Positions 13,005 through 25,575 of a stretch of DNA of 64,000 nucleotides are shown in pieces. A program made the position numbers and the translations under genes. Under the pieces are notes generated by a model that made no database searches, was not told the origin of the DNA, and saw only the letters and a list, made by a program, of their open reading frames with translations. Where the stretch lies: assembly GCA_964016885.1 (NCBI GenBank), contig OZ024746.1, positions 86,490,001 through 86,554,000 of the forward strand, written 5' to 3'. This DNA comes from Eledone cirrhosa (taxonomy: Eukaryota). Within the stretch, counting starts at the first letter, position 1, and each line of letters begins with the position of its first letter.

Positions 13005-13270
13005 TTTAGATGGTGGTCTTAGTGAAATTACAAAACTGATAAAAATCCTCTTAACAATTCCCATGAATATATCAAAGCCAGAACGCTGCTTTTCAACACA
13101 GAAGAATAAAAACTTTTCTAAGGAACACTATGAATCTTGAAAGACTAAATGCACTTACAGTGCTTTTAATGGAGAAGAATTTCCTCAACAGTCATCTAGG
13201 AATCACGGACAAAATTATTAATCTTTTCTCTCAAAGTAAAACAAGAATGGATTTCATTTTAAAATAAATG
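13005..13270 (+). pseudogene. hAT transposase C-terminal dimerisation domain remnant
   Basis: Frameshifted LIKILLTIPMNISKPERCFST...IKTFLRNTMNLERLNALTVLLMEK matches the hATC pattern (L.TIP....ERSFS.L..IK..LR.TM...RL..L). Confidence 0.75.
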
Positions 13271-13789
13271 GATCAAGCTTGAACTGTAACTAAATGAAAA
13301 ATATTTTTTTCCTTTTCGATTTTATCAAGTTTATGTATAAATTTTCATTTTACAGGTTTGTTTCGTTTTCACAATATTAAAACAATGGCTAAAAATTTCT
13401 GAAGCAGCACCCCCACTAATTTTAGCAACGAGACGCCACCACAACTCAGATCTAATCTTTGGTGCCTGTGGATCATTGACAAACATTGCATGATATAACC
13501 CATCTTTCTTTTTAAATATTGATACCAATAATGTTTAACCTCATTGATATATTTCCTATTAAAACACGAAGTTATTCAATTGTAGTTCAATGAAGGTTTG
13601 CTCCAATTGTCCGACCAGTATTATAAATGTATCAAAACGACTTACTAATTCTAAAGAAAATAACAAGGTACACTTGCAAAAATAAATGGGTTATTCCTGT
13701 GGAAACAGAACGGCAAAAGAAAAGCAGTAGTATATTCCACTAAAGTACATTCAGTTCATAATTGTAATAATTATATCAGTACCATTAAA

Positions 13790-14125
13790 GGCGCATTGCT
13801 TAGTGGTTAGAGCGTCAGAGTTACAATCGTGAGGTTGTGAGTTCGGTTCTCGGACCGGACTGTGCGTTGTGGCCTTGAGCAAGACTTTATTTCACGTGGC
13901 TCCAGTTCACTCAGCTGTAGAAATGAGTTACGACGTCACTGATGCCAAGATCTATCGGCCTTTGCCTTTCCCTTGGACAACGATGGTGGCATGGAGAGGG
14001 GAGGCTTGTATGCATGGGCCGCTGCTGGTCTTCTACAAACAACCTTGCCCGATCTTGTGCCTCAGAGAGGAACTTTCTAGGTGCAAATCCCATAGTTATT
14101 TGTGACCGAAGGGGGGTCTTTACCA
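13790..14125 (+). mobile_element. tRNA-derived SINE family 2, near full length
   Basis: A-box GCTTAGTGGTTAG, B-box GAGTTCGGTTCTC, body CCTTGAGCAAGACTTTATTTCACG. Relatives lie at 14680-14916, 21050-21325, 27620-27740, 30025-30350, 40180-40400 and 45290-45410. Confidence 0.8.
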
Positions 14126-14916
14126 TTTTACCATTGATATGACCGAGGAAGATTTCAAATGGTGTTGCTACTACGAAGCTTTATATTTTCGAGACAGGAA
14201 ACAGGAACTCCATAACCATTTCAACCCTTATATAGAAATTGAAAGACGAGGGAATTAATCTTTTTGTGTATGTTTAACCAAAGCAAACTATAAACTAATA
14301 TTTCCAAGATGTATAAGGTATGTGTTACAGATACTTAACTAAGTGGTCTGTGATTTATATTAAATTCAGATATCATTTACAAATTCTTTCTGGCTAATGT
14401 TAAGACGGGAATCCTATGAAGCGCATCGTAGTCTATTATTGATCCGAGTGTGTATGTGTCTGCGACCCGATATCCTCTACCGAAATTTCGTCTTGTATAT
14501 AGCATAGATATAGAAATTAAGTTATACCTGCCACTCGAGAGAAAACCCTTCATTCGAATCACATTGTTTTGAAGAATGCTCTATTTAGCCTGAAACCTGT
14601 GGAAAAGTTGTAATATTTATCTATATGTATGAGATTTATATAAATTATTCCTTACAGAATTCAAGCTAGGTATAAAGGACAATCATGTGTCTGGTACACG
14701 ATGCCCATACACTTCGTTCCAAGGCCTCTCCGCGGATCATCGCGTGATTGAGACAGTTGGTCTTGAATAATGGAGCTGCTTCAAGCAACTCCAAGTAGAA
14801 GGAGCAGCGTGAAATAAAGTGTCTTACTCAAGGACATAACACATCGCCCGGTCCAAGAATCGAACTCACAACCTCAAGATTGTGAATCTAATTCTCTAAC
14901 CACTCAGTCACACGAC

Positions 14917-14951
<35 letters not shown>

Positions 14952-15828
14952 ATGGAATCGGGGCAGCTTGAAGTAGCTGCCCCGATTCCACGACTAGGAC
15001 GTAGGAGTTGCGTTTTGGATATATATACATATACATATACACAGTTATGTATATCATCATCATCCTTTTACGTCCTGTTTTATATGGTATATATATACGT
15101 ATATATATAATGTGTGTGTCTAAAATTAACTCTTGTAAAATAAACATCACATGTCCATTATATATATATATATATATATAGTCGTGTGACTGAGTGGTTA
15201 GAGAATTAGATTCACAATCTTGAGGTTGTGAGTTCGATTCTTGGACCGGGCGATGCGTTATGTCCTTGAGTAAGACACTTTATTTCACGCTGCTACTTCT
15301 ACCTGGAGTTGGGACCGATAGATAGTGTTAGCAACTGGAAAGACTGATGAAAACATTGTTTCCTCGGTCCAATTTGACGAAAGTAGATCGATATATATAT
15401 ATAAATCACAGAAAAAAGAGAATCAGTGTTGCGAGGAAAGGAATTTATTGGACATATTACAGATGTTTCTCGGGCGACCAGCTCGGGGACACGATCGATA
15501 TGATGATCACACCTGACTCTGAAATCAACACGGTCGTCAGATACGTCTTGATTCTACGAAGCAGATTTTCCAATTATATATATATATAATTGGAAAATCT
15601 GCTTCGTTATTTTAAGTCAATGTTTATATATATATATATATATATATACAACATTGACTTAAAATAATATATTTATTGTTTTTGCTTTTTTTGTTTTTGT
15701 TATGCCTCAAACATATTTCTGTTTTGAGGGATGATATCTTCATGAACTTTGACCGCAATATCAGACACAGACACACACACACACACACACATTATATATA
15801 TATATATACAGAGACACAGATATACACA

Positions 15829-15902
<74 letters not shown>

Positions 15903-16839
15903 AAGCAGTGTCCTATATAAAGTTTGTATCGTTGACATAAATACCTTAAGGTATATGTCAGTAACATTTATAGAAATATTTCGGAACATCTTAATAATAA
16001 AGATATAAAGTGTTTTAGCTGTTTAAACATCCCGATTTTTGCTTTTGTTTATGAGCTGTTGAAACTCATTTACATATACTTAAAATCCATAAGATTCTTG
16101 CTTACTTTATCGTCAACAAAAGCAGGGAAATATGTTGTCTTGATAAACGCCAGTAAGTAAGGAACACTGACATTGTCGATTACCCCCCCTCCCCTTTTTT
16201 TGCTGAGCCTTAAATATTCATAGCGAAAAACCTTCAGATGTTTATAAACATCAGGTATATTATTCAATATACAATACGTACATTTATATGTATACCGCTA
16301 TGTAGGAGCATCAATACATATGTACAACATCTAAACTATAATAAAGGAAGGTCTGCGGGATTGCGTACGGTTTTTTTATTTTTTTATCCCGTTTGTAAAA
16401 TAAGGTTGGATTACTTTGAATAAATAATGAATTAATATTACATAATTTATCTACTAAATTTCGTGGCTGTTCATTAAATATATTTTGTTTATTTAAAGAT
16501 TCACTTCTTTAAAATTTCTGAAATGTCAACACTTCCGGTGGTGATCGCTTAAATAAACATACATATATTTCTGTCACTAATTTTCTCCTAATGCAGTTTA
16601 TATATAATATCGTCTTTTTTAATGTATCATGGATTACGTTACTGATTAAATAAGACAGTGTAACACAGTCTTCGTTCAATTTCTATGTATTATATATTGT
16701 CAATTACGATTTTATTTGATGTATCATATCTACATGTATATATATTTGCGTATAATATCTATATACACATTACACATGCTAGCAGAAAACCACCCGAAGG
16801 GTGGTTTTTCTGCTAGTATTTATAATATATATAAATGGT

Positions 16840-17616
16840 TATGTTGGAGATGTTGATGTGTAAGCCAGCCTCCAGCGAATGTTTGGCCATTACATTCTGA
16901 AAGTATTGCAGATCAGTTCTAGAGTAACTCATGATGGCTAGATCATCCGCATAGCTAAGATTTGATAGGATTTTACCTCCTATTTGATAGCCAGAGGAGC
17001 ATTCTTCTTCAGTTTGGCAGAAAAGAAGTGCTGATAGTTAATCCTCCTGCTTAACTCCTTTCAAGATGTCTATACACCGTGTAGTTCCCAAATCTGTTTT
17101 GATATATGCTGTTGAGTTGGTGTAAGTTTATTTCAGTAGTAGGAAGTACTAACATCAAAACGAGTTTCTTATCATTTGAGGGCTAAGATCTTCGATACTT
17201 ACATCCTACCAGTTGTGTTATATGGCCTTGACTGGACGACAAATTCACTTCAAAAGCTCTCTAGATTCCAGAACCACATCATGAGACTTATGACTGGAAA
17301 GCGGCTCAGCGACCGTATCTGTATCAGTGAGCTGCTCAACATTACCAAACTTAGACCAATTACATCAATTGTCAAGTCAAGAGTACTCAAACTATACGGC
17401 CATATAAAAATATCAACTCGTGGTGTGAATAGGTTATGCCTGGAAGGAAGGTTGTCTGGTAAGAGAAGCAGAAGCCTGCAGCCAAAACGATGGCTTGACA
17501 ATGTCAATTCATGGACTGGACTTGATACTTGCTCTTTAGACACTACTGCTGGTGATCGAACTTTGTGGAGAAAAATTTCTCATGTTGATGCGCAGTCTGC
17601 AACTGGCGGAGTTTAA
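16840..17616. mobile_element. RTE-like LINE fragment with an inverted 5' part
   Basis: The minus strand at 16840-17140 encodes the reverse transcriptase (RT) core GKILSNLSYADDLAI. The plus strand at 17144-17616 encodes the C-terminus VLTSKRVSYHLRAKIFDTYILPVVLYG...LYGH...PKRWLD. Confidence 0.8.
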
Positions 17617-19109
17617 CATCAAAGTAGTAAGTAGTATGTTAATGAGTAAGATCCATAGCTTGAATATACCCAGACAAGAATTCATAGATTGTGAAGTAGC
17701 ACTAACCATTCTAAAACACTGCAATATAACCAATATTTCACTCTGCATTTTCAGCATGGTTAACAATAGTACATGACCCCACCCCCTCCACCTCCGAAAA
17801 AAAAAGCAAAAAAAAAAAAAAAAATAATTTAATATACTTTTCAGAAGGGGGTAAATAAACAGAAATATGCCCCCATCCTCCACAAAAATATGTATGGATT
17901 CGTATATATATATTTAAAGAAAATTATTACTAATTGACAAAATTCAGCTTCGTTTGTTTTCAACCAAATTTAGTGAATGAGCACATTATAGGATGTAATG
18001 CACAAACTTATTCAGTACTATCATTCGGGCTTGTAAACTACTGTATGTGCCACATATGTTGCTGTCATTGACTTATCTTTAACTACAACCAATGTATTTG
18101 CGGACTTGTCCGCAGGGTGCAATCCCATTACCGCCGCACCCTAGGCCCAGAGCCCATCACACTCCCTCCCCAATTCTTCTGACACTAGAGACCTTGCCTT
18201 TCCATTCCTTTTCCGTTTTTAAAATATTTTCTTATTTTACATTCCATTCTTTCTTCGCAATCTATTTTTTTTTTTTTTTTTTGTTAAATTGTTTTTAATA
18301 GTATATTTATATATACGTGGAAAATAAATAATAATAAAAACAGGAAAAAATTTAAGATAATAGCCTGTGATTTGAGAGATATTTGGCCGCTATTTCTAGC
18401 TGTCCGTCCGTCCAGTATATATCATGAAACAACTAGCTGTGGTGGGCGCAGTACTATCTCAGAAAATTTTGCAATATTTCAGAGAATACAAAGATACGAA
18501 TGAATCTGTTGGAAACCTCGGACAGTACCAGAGATCTTTTTAGGCCTCCGTGTGTCTCGTATTGAAGTCATTGCCTCCGTGTCTCCCACTCTCCCCATCC
18601 CCCACTATTATGAACAATTGGGGACCCACGCGCTGGCCACCCCGCGGCCCCGGCGGACAGAACTGAGATGGCGTTTCCCCGGAGAACGACGAGGGAAACG
18701 CGCTGGAAGAGGCATTCCAGCACTAGTTTCCCACTATTGTGTGAGATACATATTTATAATTAATTTGCCATTATTGCTGGAGCCGCAGTATTCACCTACC
18801 ACGAGAATATGTGCCTCTACAACACTGATTCCCAAACATGATAACAGAAGTTAGCCATGACAATTAACTCTCTTAAATCACATATCATCCGGTTTATCCG
18901 ATACTGGCTTTAATGGGAGTCTCATTTAACGAGATTTAATTGTAACATAATTAAGTGCAACAGATAATCTGGTTAACCACCATGTTGTTTGACCTAGTTT
19001 CTCATTTGTATGCTCCAATGCGCATGTCTGTATCTGAGTTTGTAAGTTCATACGGTGAGCATTGTTATGACTCCATTTGTGTACGTGCACGGGTGTGTGT
19101 GTATTTGTT

Positions 19110-19173
<64 letters not shown>

Positions 19174-19507
19174 CGCATTCGTGTTTCTCTACGTATGTGA
19201 TTGCACCTGATATATACAGTATATATATATTAATATAAAATTACCATGACCTAGAAATAGCCTCTTTCATTTGTGTACATGCGCACGCTTGTGGGTATGT
19301 TTGTTTGTTTGTGTGTGTGTATGTATGTATGTATGTGTGTGTGTATGTATGTGTGTGTGTTCTCTCTATGTGTGTGTGTATGAAGGCACCCAAATCACGC
19401 ACAGAGAATGTATGTGAGCCCGCGGAATGTAGATCACTACATATATATATATAAAATAAAGTAATTAAGTCAAATATTTAAAATTTGGCTTCGTTTATTA
19501 AAGATGT

Positions 19508-19562
19508 ACTGCTATATATATTTCGGTGACAGTCATCATTGGCTGTGACCTCTTCAGGCAGT
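19508..19562 (-). ncRNA. Type I hammerhead ribozyme, canonical core
   Basis: Minus strand reads ACTGC-CTGAAGA-GGTCACAGCCAATGATGACTGTCACC-GAAA-TATATA-TA-GCAGT. Stem I is 5 bp, stem II is long, stem III is palindromic and the triplet is AUA. It lies in a (TA)n-flanked segment at ~19453-19715. Confidence 0.85.
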
Positions 19563-20262
19563 CCGAATTGGTGTGGTAGAGACAGGTACATATGTTGTTA
19601 AAGTGTTTTACTCCGTCAATACTCCGATATGTCCAGCTCCTGGTTGGGTTGTTATTTCTCTGAGTGCTCCAGTCTGCATACTGAGGTGTCGGTAAACAAC
19701 CAACATATACTCAGAATATATATATATATATAGTAATAATAATAAATTTGAAGACTAAAATCCAAAGAGGGCTCAATATATATATATTTCAAAGTACCGT
19801 GACCTACAAATAACCTCTTTTAGCATCAATGACCTAATTATTATTAAAAACACTATAAATAATATTTTGGTGTTGCTACAGTCATACACAGAGCAAGAGT
19901 GGATAGGATCTGATCATTTTCTGTTACACTCAGTATAAGCCTGTTCTGGACAATGCGTGTTTTTCTGCACGTAGGCACATAATACAAATTGTATTGCTCT
20001 CGCGCATGTTGGCTTTGAGAAGCTGCAAAATTATCACCTGTTATGATCAAATAAAGAAATGCACTGACTGTATAGTTTATATGTCGTTGTTCTAATATCT
20101 TTTTTATACAGAGGTGAAGTTAAGCCACCTTACGTCCCCCTGCAAAATAAAAAAAAAGAACATATTATTATTGAAACGCTTCTATTAAATAAAGCAGCAG
20201 ATCATCTTCAATTTCGTTTATTTTCGCGTCATATACATTTCTATACCTCTCTTCTTGTGACG

Positions 20263-20726
20263 CTAAACTCCGCCAGTTGTAGACTGCGCATTAACATGTG
20301 ATATCTATCTCCACAAATGTTGACCAACAGCAGCAAAGTTCAAAGAGCAAAGATCAAGTCCACTCCATGAATTGACATTGTCAAGCCATCGTTTTGGCTG
20401 CAGGCTTCTGCTTCTCTTACCAGACAACCTTCCTTCCAGACATAACCTACTCACACTACGAGTTGATCTTTTTACATGGCCGTATAATTTGAGTACTCTT
20501 GACTTGACAATTGATGTAATTGGTCTAAGTTTGGTAATGTTGAGCAGCTCACTGACACAGATACGGTCGCTGAGCTGCTTGTCAGTCATAAGTTTCATGA
20601 TGTGGTTCTGGAATCTAGAGAGCTTTTGAAGTGAATTTGTCGTCCAATTAACACAGTGAAGGCCATATAACACAACTGGTAGGATGTAAGTATCAAAGAT
20701 CTTAGCCTTCAAATGATAAGAAACTC
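20263..20726 (-). mobile_element. RTE-like LINE 3' end, second copy of the family at 17144-17616
   Basis: Encodes KAKIFDTYILPVVLYGLHCVNWTTNSLQKLSRFQNHIM...PKRWLDNV. Confidence 0.85.
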
Positions 20727-20904
20727 TCTACAGATAGCTTAATGCATCTGTTTCTCGACAAAGGATGTGAGAATGTTAACCAGAGGCGAGACTTGAAATC
20801 ATGACCTTCAGATTATCAACTTTATCTTTTCATAAAATTATACGAAAAATTTAGATAGAATTTTTGTAAGAGATTCGGTTTTTCAGATACAGAAATAGAA
20901 GACT

Positions 20905-21565
20905 TGAAAACTATGAAGTGAGATTGCTATGGAACTTTTCCATGCAAACCGAAAGGAGAAAGGAGCACAATTCGGATATTGGAGTATTTGAAAAGAAGAA
21001 TATGTGTTTAGTAATTGGCATATCATGTCTATTTAATACCTATGTAAGATCTAAAGTATGTTTTAAGCCAGAAGGCTCGTTAGGCCGGAGTTTATACCGG
21101 TTTCATGGCATAAAGTGACTGAAAGTACAAAACTTCCCCCTGGACAGGAAGCCAGTCCATTGCAGGGTTAAACCCCCATCTATTGCTGGTACTCATTTTC
21201 AGCTAAGTATACTGGAGCAGCGTGAAATGAAGTGTTTTGCTCAAGAACACTGCATGCAACCCAGGAATCGAAACCACGACATTATGATCGTACGTACAAC
21301 ACCTTTACCACTAGGCTGCGCATCTCCACTCTATTTAAAACCAAAGTGGAAAACAAGAAAACAAATGAGAATGTTACACATCCTTGATGTATGAAGTTCT
21401 CAAAAGCTGGAATAAATTTGTCAAGGTTTTCATCTTGCCAATTATCATTGGGGTTTTGGGAACTGTACCGAAATATTTGATAGGAAACCTTGGAAAGTTG
21501 GACCGTGAATGTTGTGCAGGGAACTTGTTTACTTGGATCAGCAAAAATTATCTTTGATACATAGT
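20905..21565 (+). mobile_element. Decayed R4/Dong-like RLE 3' end interrupted by a SINE (21050-21325)
   Basis: ENYEVRLLWNFSMQTER..HN.DI.V.EKKNMCLVI.ISC is followed, after the SINE, by PIIIGVLGTVPK...QGTCLLGSAKII. Confidence 0.7.
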
Positions 21566-21972
21566 AAGGATAGATATGAACATTGAAAGGCTTAAGTAGA
21601 AGGGACAAAATGCTTCCCATCCTAGGTCATGTGATCCAATAGGAAGTGCAAATAAATCGGTTACAATACTTTGTAACAGCAAAGACAATTATAATAATGG
21701 TTTCTAATTTATGCACAGAGTCAACAATTTGATAGGAGGAGGAAATCGATTAACCGATCTCAGTACTTAACTGATAACTGTTTCTACTTTTGACAGAAGG
21801 CCAGCAATTATTCCAGTGTATTACTGGTACTTTATTTTATCGACCCGGTAAGGATGAAAGGCAGAATTAACCTCGGCGGGATTTGAACTCAGATCATAAA
21901 AGGCCGTAACTCTGTGCTGCAAAGCATGGCGTCCGACCCTCTACCGATACTGCCAATCCACCGCTGAACGAC

Positions 21973-22016
<44 letters not shown>

Positions 22017-22394
22017 GGTGGGTAGGCAGAATCGTTAGAGCGTCGGACAAATGCTCAAAAGTAATTGTTCCAGGTTCCAGGTCTTTACTTTCTGAGTTAA
22101 AATCCTGCTGTTGTCAACTCTGCTCTTTTCGTCCTTCCGACCTAGTTCTACCTCTAAATTGCTGACCTTGTACATACATTAGAAATCATTGGATTGGCAG
22201 TATTGGTAGAGGGTCGGACGCCATGCTTTGACGCATAGAGTTACGGCCCTTGCCATTCTGAGTTCAAATCCCGCCAAGGTTAACTTTGCCTTTCATCCTT
22301 ACGGGGTCGATAAAATAAAGTACCAGTAATGCAGTGGGTAATTGCTGGCCTTGTGCCTAACGTAGAAACAATTATCATCATCATCAGAAATACC

Positions 22395-22486
22395 AGTAGT
22401 AGTAGCAGAAGCAGCAGTAGTATTAGTAATAATAGTGGCAGCAGCAATAGTTGTAGTCGTAGTAGCTGCATCAGCAACAGTAGTAG

Positions 22487-22518
<32 letters not shown>

Positions 22519-22577
22519 TCAGCTGCAGCAGCAGCAGTAGTAGAAGTATCTGTAGCAAGTAGTAGCAACAGTAGCAA

Positions 22578-22610
<33 letters not shown>

Positions 22611-22674
22611 CAACAGTAGCAGTAGCAGTAGCAGCAGCAGTAGCAGCAGCAGTAGTATTAGTAATAATAGCAGC

Positions 22675-22709
<35 letters not shown>

Positions 22710-22910
22710 CAGTAGCAGCAGCAGTAGCAGCAGCAGTAGTATTAGTAATAATAGCAGCAGCAGCAGTAGTAGTAGTAGTAGTAGTAGTAGCAACAGTAGC
22801 AGGAGCAGTAGCAGTAACAGCAGCAGTAGTATTAGTAATAATAGTAGCAGGAGCAGCAGTAGTAGTAGTAGTAATAAGGAAAGCAACAGCAGCAGTAGTA
22901 TTAGTAATAA

Positions 22911-22973
<63 letters not shown>

Positions 22974-23016
22974 CAGCAGCAGTAGCAGTAGTAGTAGTAG
23001 TAGTAGTAGTAGTAGT
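22395..23016. repeat. Compound (AGT)n/(AGC)n trinucleotide tract
   Basis: Seen directly. It explains the poly-Ser and poly-Leu ORFs. Confidence 0.95.
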
Positions 23017-23194
23017 TTATCCATATCAGATTATGTATACACATTTTAGATATTGGCAAAGAAAATAAAATTAATACTGAAGATGTTCTTTGTTTTAACT
23101 GCTGTTTGTATTGTTGTGTGTATACTGAATATGTATGTATATTACACATTTATGTACATACAAGTGTATATGTATATCGAGTATTTATGTATAT

Positions 23195-23296
<102 letters not shown>

Positions 23297-23452
23297 ATAT
23301 ACATAAATACATAATATATATATTAAGTATTTATGTATATCTAGTACTTATGCATATATAGTATTTATATATATCTATATATTTATATATATAGCGTGAA
23401 TCTAATAAACATTTGTCGTACTGCCTCTCTGTTCTGTCCCTGTTCAATTTTT

Positions 23453-23490
<38 letters not shown>

Positions 23491-23493
<3 letters not shown>

Positions 23494-23660
23494 AAAAAGT
23501 ATGACACCGACGGCAGAGCTCAAGCAGTTTCGACGGCTATTTTTGGCTTGAGCTCTGCCGTCGGGGTCATACTTTTTCCTATTTCCCACTCTACTACCAC
23601 TCTACTATTGAGTACTCTGGTGCGTTATGGTCCTTCTGGTTCCTTACCACAATTCCTTTG

Positions 23661-23662
<2 letters not shown>
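23491..23662 (+). mobile_element. (TA)n-embedded foldback element, family D
   Basis: Arms AGGAAAAAGTATGACACCGACGGCAGAGCTCAAGC / GCTTGAGCTCTGCCGTCGGGGTCATACTTTTTCCT, followed by the shared 3' tail. Confidence 0.75.
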
Positions 23663-23701
<39 letters not shown>

Positions 23702-24011
23702 CGAGTATATATATCTATATATATCTATCGAGTATTTATCTATATATAGTACTTATGCATATATAGTATTTATATATAAGTATGTATACGTACATACATA
23801 TATGTATGCAGACGTACAGTAGTATGTATATATACATACATGCACACACATATATATGTACGTATGGATTCACCAAACATTTATTATAATGCTCGGTGTG
23901 TTTGTAAACAAACATCCCGTATAAAGTCGCAGTGTCTAGCAACCACCGTTGCTCGTTTGTTCAACACTGACAAAGGAACAACGGACGTTCAACAATCTGA
24001 CAGGAAGGTAT

Positions 24012-24054
24012 ACGTTGCTGACGATAGCTAACAAGCTTGAAACTAGTACAGCGT
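24012..24054 (+). ncRNA. Minimal type I hammerhead ribozyme
   Basis: ACGTTG-CTGACGA-T-AGCT(AACA)AGCT-T-GAAA-CTAG-TA-CAGCGT. Stem III is the palindrome ACTAGT and the triplet is GUA. It lies in the spacer of inverted arms 23774-23979 / 24053-24270. Confidence 0.85.
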
Positions 24055-24370
24055 TCCTTTGTCAGTGTTAAACAAACGAGCAACGGTGGTTGCTAGACAC
24101 TGCGGCTTTATACGGGATGTTTGTTTACAAACACACCGAGCATTATAATAAATGTTTGGTGAATCCATACGTGCATATATATATATATATGTGTGCATGT
24201 ATGTATATATATATATACATACTACTGTACGTCTGTATACATATATGTATGTACGTATACATACTTATATTTAAGTAACAGCCGTACTAAGAGTGGGAAA
24301 TGAAATTTCGTTTCATTTTCTCCGTTTATATATATATGTGTATGTATAATCTAGTACTTATGCCTATATA

Positions 24371-24444
<74 letters not shown>

Positions 24445-24722
24445 CGAGTATTTATGTATATATATATGATTAGTTCTTTCGTTGCTTTGCTATTGTATGG
24501 TTGGGTTTTGCCTACCGCAATTTTCAATTTGTCAAGCTATTTAAACGTACGATAAAATAAAGTACCAGTAATGCACTGAGTAATTGCTGGCCTTGTGCCT
24601 AAAGTAGAAACAGTTATTACTCTAAAGACCTACCCTTATTGAGTGCTTTGCTACTCATTCCTTATTGTAGGTCAACTTTGCTTGGCTACAGCCAAAGCTT
24701 CGATTTTACTAAGCTTCCACTT

Positions 24723-24790
<68 letters not shown>

Positions 24791-25216
24791 TTATATATAC
24801 ATATATATTTATATATATCAAGTATTTATGTATAACAAGTATTTATGTATATCATAAATATTGATTGTATCATAGTTTTATTTTTTTTAGCTCATATTGT
24901 TTTCTTTGGTGTGTTCCTTTGTTTTCACTTCTATAGAGAAGTTTCTTCTGATATATGTACTACCAAAAACCTATCATTTCTTTTCTACATCTTGATTTGA
25001 AAGAGGGCCAAGAATTTTTTTTCTTTATGTTAAAACATATCTCCATAATCTTATTTACTACTGTCATAATTCCTGTTACCATGGATACTGTGTTGTTTTC
25101 AAGTTCTACAATTCTACCTATTTATTATATATCAAAATAATTCGAAATCTTTTATGTCAAACTTTCTGTCTGGTGAACACAATATATCAATTTTCTGCCT
25201 TTATTATTTTATAATA

Positions 25217-25575
25217 ATTGTTTCTACTTTAGGAACAAGGCCTGCAATTATCACAGTGTATTACTGGTACTTTATTTTATCGACCCCGTAAGGATGAAAG
25301 GCAAAGTTAACCCCGACGGGATTTGAACTCAGTCCGTAAAGGGACGTAACTGTGCTGCAAAGCATGGCGTCCGACCCTCTACCGATACTGCCAATCCACG
25401 CATCGGTAGAGGGTCGGACGCCATGCTTTGACGCATAGAGTTACGGCCCTTGCCCTTCTGAGTTCAAATCCCGCCGAGGTTAACTTTGCCTTTCATCCTT
25501 ACGGGGTCGATAAAATAAAGTACCAGTAATGCACTGGATAACTGCTGGCCTTGTGCCAAAAGTAGAAACAATTAT
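25217..25575. mobile_element. Head-to-head pair of SINE family 1 copies
   Basis: A minus-strand copy at 25217-25398 directly abuts a plus-strand copy at 25402-25575. Confidence 0.8.

Noticed and set aside
15344-15395. CTGATGA...GAAAGTAGATC hammerhead-like core
   Set aside because: No convincing stem I or closing stem II pairing could be found.
16778-16817. CTAG-flanked hairpin as a complete Helitron
   Set aside because: It resembles a folded-back Helitron 3' end, but no matching 5' end or body was found.
22280-23049. Long poly-Leu and poly-Ser ORFs (204-241 aa)
   Set aside because: They are translations of an (AGT/AGC)n microsatellite with no splice or domain evidence.
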